In this document: piece after piece, positions 1 through 12,276 of the stretch
How the letters are laid out: each line of letters opens with the position of its first letter
Numbering within the stretch: the stretch's first letter is position 1
DNA from: Girardia tigrina
Lineage: Eukaryota
Assembly (NCBI GenBank): GCA_001938485.1
Contig: MQRK01235211.1
Coordinates: 12,154 to 71,017, forward strand
DNA length: 58,864 nt
Direction of reading: 5' to 3'
The notes under the pieces: model-generated
The model's input: only the letters and a program-made list of their open reading frames with translations
Told to the model about the DNA's origin: nothing
The model's database searches: none
Made by a program: the position numbers and the translations under genes

Positions 1-84
1 TCAATGTAAAATGTTTATTATGTAAATATAATGTATGTAAATAAATGTCTAAATTTCTAATAAAGATAAAATGTTTAAGTATTA

Positions 85-113
85 ACTGTAACCCTACTTT
101 TGGCCCACCCTGT
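85..113. mobile_element. Probable end (TIR) of a Tc1/mariner element extending out of the window
   Basis: ...ACTTTTGGCCCACCCTG followed by TA, i.e. the reverse complement of a TA|CAGGGTG-type TIR. The partner TIR is not in the window. Confidence 0.35.
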
Positions 114-1531
114 ATATTAATTTAATATGTACTTTTTTGAAAATGTTTAGATGTAAAGTTAACCAATTAGAATCTTGATAATTAATTAATATTAATAAAT
201 ATTTTTCATTTATTTTTAAAACTTAGAACGAAACTCAGAAATATATTAATCAAGAAAAAGGGTCGAATAGCGAAAGTGGCTTGAAGAATTGTTGTCCTGA
301 CAATTCTGTTTGTGGTGTTAATAAATGTTCAAAAAATAATATTGATGATTTTAATAGACTACAATTGACTTTTTAACAAATTTTCTTAAATGTTCTGGTT
401 GCGACAATCAGATTAGAGGTTGGCACGTTTTGCGTTTAAACGTTTTCGTTTTTAAGGACGTTTAAACGTTTAGTGATTTATAAACGAGCGTGTAATTTAA
501 CAATCGGTGAAACTTGGAATTGTTAAACAATTAGCTTCTGTTGCTCATTCATTTTCTTCTCTTATATAAGGGTGGTGGAGGGGATATGCTAATTACAACA
601 AAACTTTTTCATGATAATACCTCGTCTCACATACACTACATATTTACAAGTTGTGGGTGAGAATGTGTGTGTATTTACTAGATGTATTTATACTAGATAG
701 AGGCAAAGCTTTCAAATCTAAAAACTTCATGGAATTTACAAAATCGATAGTGATTTCTGAAATTTTTAAATTTGTAAAAAAAGTGTCTTTCCTATCAATT
801 GATATTTTATTAAATTACGAGTTTTGATATAATTTTAATTTCACATTTAATTTAATTTTCATTTGTTGTTAAATAAACTCCGAACACAATCATCCAATTA
901 TAACAGTAAACTCATCGAAATATTTTACCTAAATATATTTTTTATACTGATATTATTTTGTTTTTTTAACTTTAAAAATAAAAATCACAAAAAAACACAG
1001 AAAAATTTAAAGTTATCTTTTAAAATCTCAAAAAACTTGATTTTTAAAGAATCGGTAACCTAATTAATGTAAGCTATTTTTATGGCTAAAATATAATTTA
1101 AAAAAATTACATATCTTTAATTTTATCTATAAATTTTGAGATTTTAATGTAACTAATATTTGAAAAATAATAAATGATTTTAAATAATAAATAAAATTAC
1201 ATATGCAAATAAAATTAATCATTTGTTTTAATTCACTTAATTCCCAGAAATACCCATTTTAAATTTCACAGTTAATGTCATAGTTTGTTCTCAAAACAGC
1301 TTCTGTGTCTTTTGGCACAGTAGCTGTCAGTACTGTTTCCCTGTTTGCTCTTGAACTCACTCTGTAAAACAACTTATTCCACTATTTAAAGGAATTATCG
1401 AATAAGCTGTTTTACGGGAAATAAATTATACCAAACTAATCTAATACAAAATTAGATGAATTTGGTAAGATAAGATAAAAGAACAGAACTAATTAACAAT
1501 TAATAAAAACTTTATTGCGACACTAGTGTAT

Positions 1532-1679
1532 CAAATAACCTGTAAATATAACAGTTTCCGATAGACAAATAATTAACAGGTAGATATGACAGTTTCTGGT
1601 CGACAAACAATTAACCTGTGGATATAGCAGTTTCCAATCGACAAACAAATAATCGGCAGGTATGACAGTTTCCGGTCGA
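1532..1679. repeat. 38-bp tandem repeat (about 3.5-4 units)
   Basis: Units start at 1551, 1589, 1627 and 1665 (rCAGTTTCyrrTmGACAAAyAA...), with a partial unit before 1551. Contiguous, no unique spacers. Confidence 0.8.
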
Positions 1680-1689
1680 TGGTCGCGCC

Positions 1690-1850
1690 AGCTATTTCTT
1701 GACTGTTTTCTTTCTCTTTTTTGTCGTATTCGGCCTCGATATTATTGAACGTTGCAAATCCTTGAATACGGCTTTGAAATATAGAAAGTTCGTCGAGATA
1801 GAGATTTTGAACAATTGTCGTCTGTGGACTAATATGACGCACGATATCTG
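1690..1850 (-). mobile_element. Possible Merlin/IS1595-like transposase C-terminal remnant
   Basis: NLYLDELSIFQSR resembles the YLDEFxxR C-terminal motif of Merlin/IS1595 transposases. It lies next to a subterminal tandem repeat. Confidence 0.4.
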
Positions 1851-2199
1851 ATCAGAAATTATATTTTCTGATTGATTTTCTTTGCATCAATATCTCTATG
1901 AGTTTTCTTTTGGAAATTAATTTTATATTATTTATATTGCACATAATATATTATATCCGTTATAGCCATATGTAACAATCTCATTTGGTTTATCAACACG
2001 AACGGACCCCAAAAAAACAAAATAATGAAATAACAAAAGTCACACAGGTGTCAAAAAAAACATCACACTCTTCCAGGTCAATAATAAATATCCCATATTC
2101 AACCCTTCACACTCTGTCAAACCTAAAAAAATAATTTTTCTTTATAAAAAAAATATAAGATCACAATCATATCATACACAGACAACATACAAAATAAAT

Positions 2200-5100
2200 C
2201 GATTACAGTCCGACAACCGAAAGTGAGGTATCACACACTCTATCCCTTTCAACTGTGAATCTAGCTCCCCTCCACTGCCCAATGTGAGTCATATTGTTCC
2301 TGTCTCTTTGGCTTCATCTGCTTCTCTAGTCTGTTTCTCTACCCCCCATCCACCACAACAGTCACAACTATTTCTTGGTCCTGATGACAATCCAGTGGAC
2401 TTGGAAGGCTCTTTTTTTAACTCTGGTCAAACACCTTCTGCATCTGAAGAAGACTCTGTTATGACTCCAACTCTTGCAAAAATTTCTCGTCCAGCTGATC
2501 TCAACTATATTTGTAAGCAACTTGGGAATAAGAAATTTCTTGATAAATTCATTGAGAGAATGCTGGAAAGAGTTAAACTGGCTATAGCCAAGAATAATGA
2601 TCAAATTCTGTCGACTATTATACTTTATCTTAGTAAAAAACTTAACATATCTGAGGAAAATATTCGTAAAAATCGCAAATTCACTGCCCTTTGTAGATCT
2701 TTAGATGTCGTAAAAATTCGGAGTTTGATCAATCCTGATCAATCTCATTGACATTCTGTGTCTGAGACACTTCCAGAATCTCTTGTCCGCATTATAACCA
2801 GTCTCCCTTCTCTTCCCTCTGAGCTCTGGGATGCGCCCACATCTGGTAGAGATATTGACCTTTTTGTTAATTATTATATTCATAATGACAAAATCATTTA
2901 CATTTTTCCTGAAATTGGTTCTGAAATCCCTGTTGGTGATCTTGATTCACCTACTATCAACATTACTCCCGAATCAATCACTAATAAAGATTACCTTGTA
3001 GTTCCAATTTGTATAAAATCATGTCACTGGATTGTCATATTAATAGACTGTCAGAGGTGCCTCTTTCTGGTTTGATCCTCTTGGCCCTTCTCTGAATTTG
3101 CCCATGCAGCAGAGGTCTGTTGTAAATTAATTGTTAACAAAATAAACTCCTACAATTTTAAAAAATTTATTAATCCTCCTAAATGTCATATTGATAACAG
3201 ATTTGTTCAGGTGAACTCATCGGACTGTGGACTCTTTGTCTGTTTTTTCCTTCTCTCATTTTCTTGTTTGTCCTTTTGTCCTGAGCTTTCCCCCTTTCTT
3301 CTCCGTCATCTTCACTTTTCTCTCTTCAGACACTCATTCTGATCAACTTGAATATGGAAAGACTCCTGCTATCCAGCTCCTTAACTATCTCTATTTTGAT
3401 CATTCTTATGTTGATGCATACTGTGTCAAGTACATCAACTCTCCTTCTACTTTTGTTTTTCCTGTTTGCCTAACCCGAGCAATCCTTTCGAGGAACAGAG
3501 ACTGTATCTTGATAAACTTCTCCCTTTGTGATATTGTTGGTCGTTCTGTTCTTCACTTTCCTGTCTTTTTCCGTAATTCCCACTGGGTTCTCTTTTCTGC
3601 AAATCTTTCTATCAGCTCTCTGACAGTTCATGATCCGATAAGCTTACTGAGCAACTCTGCATATCAAAAAGTGTTTACTGCATTTAGCGACTTTGTGTAT
3701 CATAATTGTGTGCATCACTCACAAATCCCTGTAGTGGATGCTGCTCTAAACTACACTCGATCATACAAAGTGATTGATAGTGGTCCGCTCATTTGTGGAT
3801 ACATGAAGCACATTTTAACTAAGCATAGAAATAATATTATTAACGTTCAATCTATCCGTCTCCATGCAAGAAGAATCATATTAAACACTAAAATTCAAAA
3901 ACCGAAGAAACAACACTTTAAAACTTCTACAATGCTCCGTACTGCTCGTGTTGCACTAGGTGAAAAGATACTGACAAATTATGCTTCTTCTGACATGGAG
4001 ATATTCTATAAAAATGTGTTAGATAATTGTTACTTAATTAGAAAAGTAAAACCAAGGACACCGTATTTGGGTAAGCCTGAGAAGCGTGGAAAGATCAATG
4101 GCTCAAAGCTGAAATCTCTATTCTAATCTAGTCCAAAAGCAGCCATGAAACATATTCTTCCATCTGCTCGGGCAGACTCTTATCCGTCTCCAAAGGTTTT
4201 TACTGAATTTATTACTAATAATTGTAGTAATCAAATCAATCTTGTAATATTAATTATAATCCTAACTATTATAAAAAGGGTCCCCACTTTGAATTTCATA
4301 TCCCTACTCCTGAAGAGATTGTTGCGTGCCTTCAAAGCAAGTCTCAATTAGCTCCTCTGAGTAGCGGTATTACATACAAAGATTTATTATTTTGTGATTC
4401 TACAGGCATTCTTCTCCATCACCTCTTTAAAATGATACTTGAAAGATTTGAAACTCCTTAGTCTACGAAGAATTACAACACTTTAATGATTCCTAAATCT
4501 GACAAAGATGGAGAGTATCATTTGCCGTCGTCTTGGAAAGGAATTGCTCTGTAGGAATGTATTTTTAAAATATTAACAACTCTCTTGTGTAACCAACTAA
4601 TTGGCTGGATCATTCAGAATGAATTACTTCACCCACTACAGAAGAGTCTTGGTCCCTCTGATGGTTGTGCTGATCACATCTTTCTGATCCGGGCAATTAT
4701 TGACTACTATAGAAAGTATATCAATAAACAGGTGGTAATTGCGTTCATGGATATGGCTGCAGCCTTTAATACAATTTCAATTGGTCATATCCAAGATCTC
4801 CTATTTTTAATGGGAGCGAACGGGAATGTCACTCGTTTAATTGGTGAATTTTATAGGAACTGCTCTACTACTATCATATGTGAGAATGAATCTACTGCTC
4901 CCATTAAAATCAAAATTGGAGTCCGTCAGGGTTGCCCCTTATCTATGCTGTTATTTAATATTGGAATAAATCCAATCATTAATGAAGTTGAAGTTCGTAG
5001 ATGTGGTGGGATTATGATTGGCTCCAGGTTAATCTCTTGTATGACTATGCTGATGATTTGGTCTTTTTTTCTGAATCATCTTATAAATTACAAAATGTTG

Positions 5101-7167
5101 TTGATATAGCCTCTAATGCAGTCAAAGCTATTGGTATGCCTTTTAGAGCCTCTAAGTGTGCCATTCTCGATATCCCATACAAAAAGAACACATTCATAAC
5201 AATCAACCATGCAGACATACCACATCTTGAAGTTGACGAGGGATACATGTACTTAGGATCATTTATAGGTCGCATTGTCACATACACACCTAAGAAACTA
5301 TTCTGTGACATCCTCGCTGACTTAAACTATATAAACATGTCACTCCTCCTTCCTTGGCAAAAACTGCATGCATACATGTTATTTAAACACTCTAAATTTA
5401 TCTTTAACTTTAGAAACTCATTCACTCCATTTGGCAAGTTAACAGAGTCTGTTACAGGATGGGATATCAACATTAGGAGATTTTTCAAGGATGTACTAGG
5501 AGTACCCGACAACACATTAACACCCTACATCTATGTGTCTCGTTCCAATGGAGGAGCTGGAATGACTTCTGCCATATGTGAATATATAATCCAATCCATC
5601 AGTCACCCCTTTTACATATTAAACTCCACTGACCCCAATATTTCAGAAGCTGTCAATGTCACACTTAGACGCTCTTTACCAGACAGATCTATTGGTTTTT
5701 ATTATGCACTAAACTGGCTAAACACTGACAATAAAGAACGTAACTCATGGTGGAATAAAATACAACAGGCCATACATGTATTCAAAGACATTCATGGAGT
5801 TTTAATTCGATTTCTTTATAGTTACCCTAGAGTAGTGATATCAATCTCACAGAATGTTGGTGGCAAAGAAACTCTTGAGACTAAAATATTAAGGAATTAT
5901 GTGTCAAACTCATATTTGGATCAGTGGAATAAGCAGAATAGTGCTGGTAGATATTCAGTGGCTCTATCACAATCTGCCTACTCTACCTCACCAATATATA
6001 ACGGTCGACTCACAATTGCTGAATGGCAATTTATTCATCAAGCACGCTCATACACTATTCCTGTTAAGTGCAGACCGGTTGTAATCATTCGCATTCCCTG
6101 TCGACGAGGTGGCTCTAAAGATGAGATTCTTGCTCATGTGTTGGTAGGCTGTAATTCCTTGAGTAACTTCGGGAATGCACGACACAACGCTGTGCTTGAT
6201 ATCTTCGCTACTGAGATTAAAGCACACTCGGGTGAAGTAGTACATGTGAATGAAACCTGTCGGTATGTTCCTTCCACGAAGCGTGTTGATTTGCAAATCT
6301 TCTTTGAATCAATAAATACTTTGTTCCTTCTTGACGTAAAATGTCCCTATGATCCTATGCACAATCTTGAGAATGCTGAACGAAAGAATGTGAACAAATA
6401 TTTCCCTTTAATGTTGCAAATCAAAGATGTATGTGGTTAAAAGTCGTCCTTGACACAATCATTGTTGGTGCTCTTGGTGCATGGTGGACCCACAATGAGG
6501 ACATCCTGGATGACCTTAATTTATCATTTAGAAAAAAAGCCATAGCCAATGCCTGCGTTGAGTTTAACATTCTTTGGTCCTGCCGTCAATGGGAAGCCTT
6601 TCAAGACCCTCGAGAACAGAACACACACAGACATGAAGATGTGATGCAATATCCAAATGCCGGCTTCGAAGCCCTTCAAGAAGGGTCCATTTTTGATGAG
6701 TGCGACTCTGACTCTGTGTTTGGAGAGGATCACGGGTTATGGTAGTTGTATGTTTAATATTCTGAGGATTCATATTAGTATTTGGATCAAGATTTTGAAA
6801 GTTTGTGTTAGAGACAATGACCCAACTTAAGTGTTTTCACTTGAGTTGAAATGTTATGTATGGCAGAGGTGAGAGCTTTTTATGTATGTTGGATCCCAAG
6901 TTCTATAACTCAGTTTGTTTGGCATCACGATTGCTGTCTTCTGTGTTTCTGCTTTGAACATAGAAGAAGATGAACGCTTGCAATTGTGGGCCCACGGGTG
7001 ACGGTCTGCTCTCCTGCTCCGCAAAGTTCCAGTACTGATAATTAGGAGCCCGTCTCTCTTCTTCTTCTTTGCCCCCCTTCACCTTCCACTCAGAAAATGT
7101 GCCGTAAAGCACTAAAACTAAATTGTAACAAATCACTGTGTTTACAATAAACATTTTGCAAAAAAAA
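2200..7167 (+). mobile_element. Decayed RLE-type non-LTR retrotransposon of the NeSL/R5-like group (2x Ulp1-like protease, RT, CCHC, restriction-like endonuclease)
   Basis: Frameshifted ORF pieces 2284-6745. Protease motifs: VVPICIKSCHW..DP..QVNSSDCG and HFPVFFRNSHW..HDP..DSG. RT motifs: DMAAAFNTIS, GVRQGCPLSMLLFN, YADD, YMYLGS. Zinc knuckle CRRG..E..AHVLVGC, RHN, RVDL..LLDVKCPY, KY, IIVGALGAW. AATAAA at 7146 and an A tail at 7160-7167. The 5' boundary is approximate. Confidence 0.9.
2284..6745 (+). pseudogene. Disrupted retrotransposon polyprotein (Ulp1-Ulp1-RT-ZnF-RLE)
   Basis: ORFs 2284, 2758, 3227, 4145, 4585, 5001 and 6431 join into one colinear domain order across stops and frameshifts. 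Confidence 0.85.
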
Positions 7168-7860
7168 GAACAGTCAATTGGTGACATGGAATCTTTTTAG
7201 TTTTCATGTCAATCAATTGACTTACATTATCTATGAATATAATGAATGATAATAAATTAATATATTAATAATTATATATTGCGTATGTATAAAAATATAG
7301 TAATTTAACATAATAATCATTTATTTATATTGTCATTATTGTATTTATATTTATTATCATTTTATTTATGTTCTATTTATTAAATTAAATCATAGAGACA
7401 AAAATTTTCGTTATAAATTTTAAAATTTAAAATATTCAATTATTGATTAATTATTTACTTTTTTTAAAAGCTTACCCAACCACCTTAATTGTCCGATAGA
7501 ACATTTTTCGCTTTATACGATATCATAGAATTATTTATCTGTTTTATCACTTAAAACCTAAAGGTATATTATTAGTCTATTAGCTCACTTAAAACCGCCC
7601 TATTCTTAAAAATATTTTTACCCAAGAAATTTTTATATACGATTACAAGTATAATACTACTATTAGGTTCGTGATTAAAATTGGAATTCATAATTTTGTA
7701 AACTTTATTTCTACTACAATTTTCATTATTGAAACAAATTTAGGAGGAACAAAATTTTAATTACATAATCCAGATCTANNNNNNNNNNNNNNNNNNNNNN
7801 NNNNNNNNNNNNNNNNNNNNNNNNNNNNAAAAATTCTAAATATAAATAATAATATCGATG

Positions 7861-7866
<6 letters not shown>

Positions 7867-7899
<33 letters not shown>
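7867..7899. repeat. (TA)n microsatellite
   Basis: Direct. Similar tracts at ~12228-12272, ~35237-35278 and ~50032-50052. Confidence 0.95.
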
Positions 7900-7905
<6 letters not shown>

Positions 7906-9309
7906 TATTTTCTTCAATTTTGCATAAATCTTATTTTGTTTCTGTTTTATTAATTTTTTTTTACAATGTTTATAAATTTAGATCTTTATTAAAATATTTT
8001 TAAATAAAACCCTTTATTTGGTTTTAATAGAAATTGCATTCTTTTTAAAGTTTATTTTCTGTTAAGTAATATTACTTTTAGTTTTTAAAATTTATTTTAC
8101 TTAATCTTGATTAAAAAGTATTATGAAAAGAAAATTTATAAATTCTATAACTTAATTTATTTTTATTTGAGAATAAAATTTTCATATTACGATTTAAAAC
8201 ATTTCAACAACTTTCTTTAAAAAAATTAAATCATTAAGTTTTTTTGGGCAAAAATATGTTGTCCTTTAAAAATTAAGAAACCGAATTAAAACTTTTAACG
8301 ACAATTAAATTCAATAAACATTATGATTTTAAATAGTGATACAAAATATATCAAAATCTTCTTTATAATATTCTTTAACTCTAAAAATGATATTTTAATT
8401 GTGAATTTTTAAAACTTAATTTTTATAAAAATTTTGTCTCAATTTAATTTAAATATTACCATTACTCTAAAATTTTTACAAAACTTATTTCATTTTAATT
8501 AGTAATATACTATCTGTGAAATATAATTTTTACAAAAATTATTTCAATTTAATTTGATGTTACCTATAAAATATATTTTATGAAATCTTATTTATTTTAA
8601 TTAGTAACAAATATTATCTATAAACTTAAATTTTTATTTAAAGATTATTTCATTTTAATTAGTCGAACATTATTTTTAATTTATCTAAAATATATGATTT
8701 TTAAAAAATATAAAAAATTTAATGTTCACCCCAACAATTACAATTAACTAACAATTTCCAGAACAATTGTTGTCCGCAATTAAGTCCAATAAAATTACCT
8801 ATTTCACTTTTATAAACCAATTCACTATATAAAATTGCTTGCTCTTAAACAGATTCCAGAGTATAAAGACATCCGTTTTTCGATCCGTTACGTTTATTGT
8901 TAAGTTTAATTAATATTGTTTAGACAATTAATTAATGTTTTTTTCTTTTAATCTTAAATTTCCAATTATTTCCTCTTTTCCTGTTATTCGGCATGATCTA
9001 TAATTATATTCTTCATTTAAAATTCCTTCCGTTGATTTATAGTTTAAATTTTATATTTTTAATTATTTAATAATAAAAAGTGGATTTTTTTAGAGAGAAT
9101 AGAATTTCAATACAGATATATCTCCTTTATAGACAACTTTCAGTAACACTTTTGTTTCTGTCTCATTGGATTAAACGTTTAATGAATTTCATCATTTTGT
9201 TAATGGACACAAGTACAAATATAACATTATAAATATAACTAGGTTAAAGTGAAGCTAAACATTTTAATAAATATAATCAATAATAATCTTGAATACTTAA
9301 TGTTAAATA

Positions 9310-9512
9310 CAGTAGATACCGCTCAATGAGAACATTTTTGTAAGTCCAAAAAATGTTCTCTTTAACCGATACTTTTGATAAGTATATTTTTAAAAATATA
9401 TTAAAAATTTTTTAATCTAAAAATTAAAAAATAATGTCGATTATTTTCCGTTGAAAAAAAATTCTCAAATAGTTCTCTTTAACCGATTTTGTTCTCTCCA
9501 AGCGAAATCTAT
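9310..9512. mobile_element. Degenerate pogo/Tigger-type MITE
   Basis: TA|CAGTAGATACCGCTCAATGAGAACA versus TGTTCTCTCCAAGCGAAATCTATT as an imperfect inverted pair, with internal TTCTCTTTAACCGAT repeats. Confidence 0.4.
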
Positions 9513-10789
9513 TATTAATTTCTTGTTATGGCTTTATTCTCTTTTTGAACCACTACTGATTAATCGAAAGGCTTATATTATCTGGATCAGCGTTCTCTGC
9601 ATGAGCACATTTTGTTAATATAATGTTTCGCTTTTCCTTTTTATGATGCTTAATCTAACTTTATTCATTATAAATAAAGCGAAATTATGCTATGAATTCA
9701 TTTATGAACGATTTATCAACAGAATTTATTACATTATTAATATTAATAAGGAAATGTACATACATTATTAAGTGTAAATCATTCGGGTATTTTATCCTTT
9801 TAATCTCAAGCCATTTTACCGAATATACATAATGGAAAAATTGAAACATTGGATAAAATACACTTAAAATTTATAGATTCCTTTATGTTAAAAGAAAAAT
9901 TTAAAATGTGTGAAAATCGTAAAAAATTTCCATTCTAGCCACGAATGTTTCGTCTGAATCTGCATTTAGCTCAGTTGGAAATTTGTTATGTAAAATCGTT
10001 TTAATCTTGCTCCATCCCTTGTTGATAAACTGGTATTTTTAAAACCTGGCCGTGGTTATCTGTGACATTTGAATAACAATACATTTAGTTGGGATTCTAC
10101 ACATGTGATAGAATTAGCGAATGCGACATTCAAAATATTTCGACTACATAAAATCTGAAATGCAATATCCGCAATCAAAGAATTTTTGTGCACAATTCAT
10201 TGAATGAGACAAATATGTAACAACTATGTGCTTATTGGAACTACAATTATATTTGTATCAACTATTCGAAAAAAGTTGTTTGTTTAAGAATTTCTTGCAA
10301 ACATTTTATGCGCTAAATTTATAATCCATAGAATTATCGAAATGAATGGACTTTGAAGAAAATATATCTTAGTAGCGATGTTTCTCCATGAAGTTAGACA
10401 TCGTTTAAACGTTTTTATAACGTTTATTATGCTAAACGAATACCGTTTAAATGTTTTGAAAATTTTATAACGTGTCCATTTCAAACATGAACCCAGAGAC
10501 GAAGATTTCGAAAAAAAATCAATGGAAAAGGAAAATAAATTTAGAGATAGTTTAAACGTTTAGAAAACGTTTAATTTGCTAAACGAAGACCGTTTAAACG
10601 TTTAGAAAATTTTAAAACGTGCCCACGTCTAAATCAGATGGTGTAGGTGCGGTACTACAGTATTATTAATTTTTTTTAATGTAAATAATTTTTTAATGTA
10701 AAAAACAAAAAAACCACTTGCAAAAAGATGCAAAAGAAGAAACAAGACTAATAATTAACTTTATGTACCGCTTTCTAAGAAACATTTGA

Positions 10790-10995
10790 AGAGTTCATTT
10801 TGATAATGCTTCAATGTAGTGAGGAGGAAAGATACTATTCATGAGATTGATGAGTCATTATTCTCACGTAAGCCTAAATATCATCGTATTCGAACTCCAA
10901 AATAGAATAATGGATGCTTGAAAACCTTGATACAAGCTATAAACCAACAAAGACATATTTGCAGAGCTTAGAAGGAAGAAGTGCTTCAATTCTTA
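10790..10995 (+). mobile_element. Merlin/IS1595-like transposase remnant
   Basis: TIHEIDESLFSRKPKYHR (from ~10834) matches the Merlin VEIDESxF..RKY.RGR catalytic motif. Confidence 0.7.
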
Positions 10996-12224
10996 GTGTA
11001 GGTGAAATATTTTACTTGATCCATTTATTTGAACACATTTAAAACATGGACGAGATTCCAATCCATTTGATATGTCATTCAAATTAACTGTTGAACAAAA
11101 TTTTTGCTTACTTAATTGTTACTTTGCTGGACAGTATATGGTAAGTAAACTTTCAGCTTATGTCACTTTCCAACGTAGAACCGTACCAAAGTATAGTTTT
11201 GCATCAAATAAAATAGTGTCTGCAAATGAAACATCCGTCATTACTTCAACTGAAATACGACTTTGTCATAAAAAGTGTGAACGAAGCGAATAGGACTCAA
11301 TATTTCACCGTGACTCAATTTTTGTTCGCGATTCGACTTCAGGACAAAGAACTGATTACATGAAGGCCAATCTGATGGTATCTTTTTGCTACGGGAACTC
11401 TAAATGAAATGATTCCTTATGGACCCACTATAATTTCACAAATATTAGACATTAGCCTAAATAAATCTTTCAAAGTTAATTTGAAAAATTTTTAGGGAAA
11501 TTGAATAGTTGATGATTATAAAAAATATACGAAATCCGGCAGTGGGAAGCGAGCTTTGTATGAAGAGATTTACAATTGGATTTCCGGGCATGGAAAGTTG
11601 TGAATAGATTTTTATGGAGATGATGCAGTTTAAGAAGACGTGAGCGATGAAAAATTTGTGGTACAAAGACCAGGAAATAAGTAAAAAAACAGACTAAGGA
11701 AGAAAGTTAAGAGATTCGTGAGTAATTAATTTGTATTTTTATGGACAGTCGGAACTTTTGTAATGTTTATGAATAAATTTAATAAATTTTAATTTGAAAT
11801 AAAGCTTATTAAACACAAAAGTTTTGTTTTATTGTTAGTTAAGTTAGTACTTCTAACTAAGGTAGTGCATTTTACTAAGTAATTTTATGTAAAATAAACT
11901 TTAAATCTTACTATACTATTAGATTAAAACTAAAATACAGGGTATATATAAAAATGTAGTAATCTGAAAATGTCGATAGAATCTTTAAAATGATTTTTAT
12001 AAAACCTATTCAATGACACAATTCTTGACGTAACCTCAGAAAATTTTGAGTGTTTTTTATATTATTTTTTGATATATAATTTAATAATTTATATAATTTT
12101 TAATTTTTTTTTAATATTTTATCTTTTTATACTATATATATNNNNNNNNNNNNNNNNNNNNNNNNNNNNNNNNNNNNNNNNNNNNNNNNNNTTTTTAATT
12201 TTTTTTTAATATTTTATCTTTTTA

Positions 12225-12276
<52 letters not shown>

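Larger units (their letters stand above)
414..10631 (+). mobile_element. hAT-family DNA transposon interval (decayed, inflated by nested insertions)
   Basis: Imperfect TIRs TAGAGGTTGGCACGTTTT (from 414) and AAAACGTGCCCACGTCTA (to 10631). Identical 8-bp TSD AATCAGAT at 406-413 and 10632-10639. Multiple CGTTTAAACG subterminal repeats at both ends. hAT dimerisation-domain remnant ATNVSSESAFSSVG at ~9938-9980. An N gap at 7779-7828 lies inside. Confidence 0.75.

Noticed and set aside
1532-1679. CRISPR-like array
   Set aside because: The units are contiguous and mutually similar throughout, there are no unique spacers or cas genes, and the context is eukaryotic.
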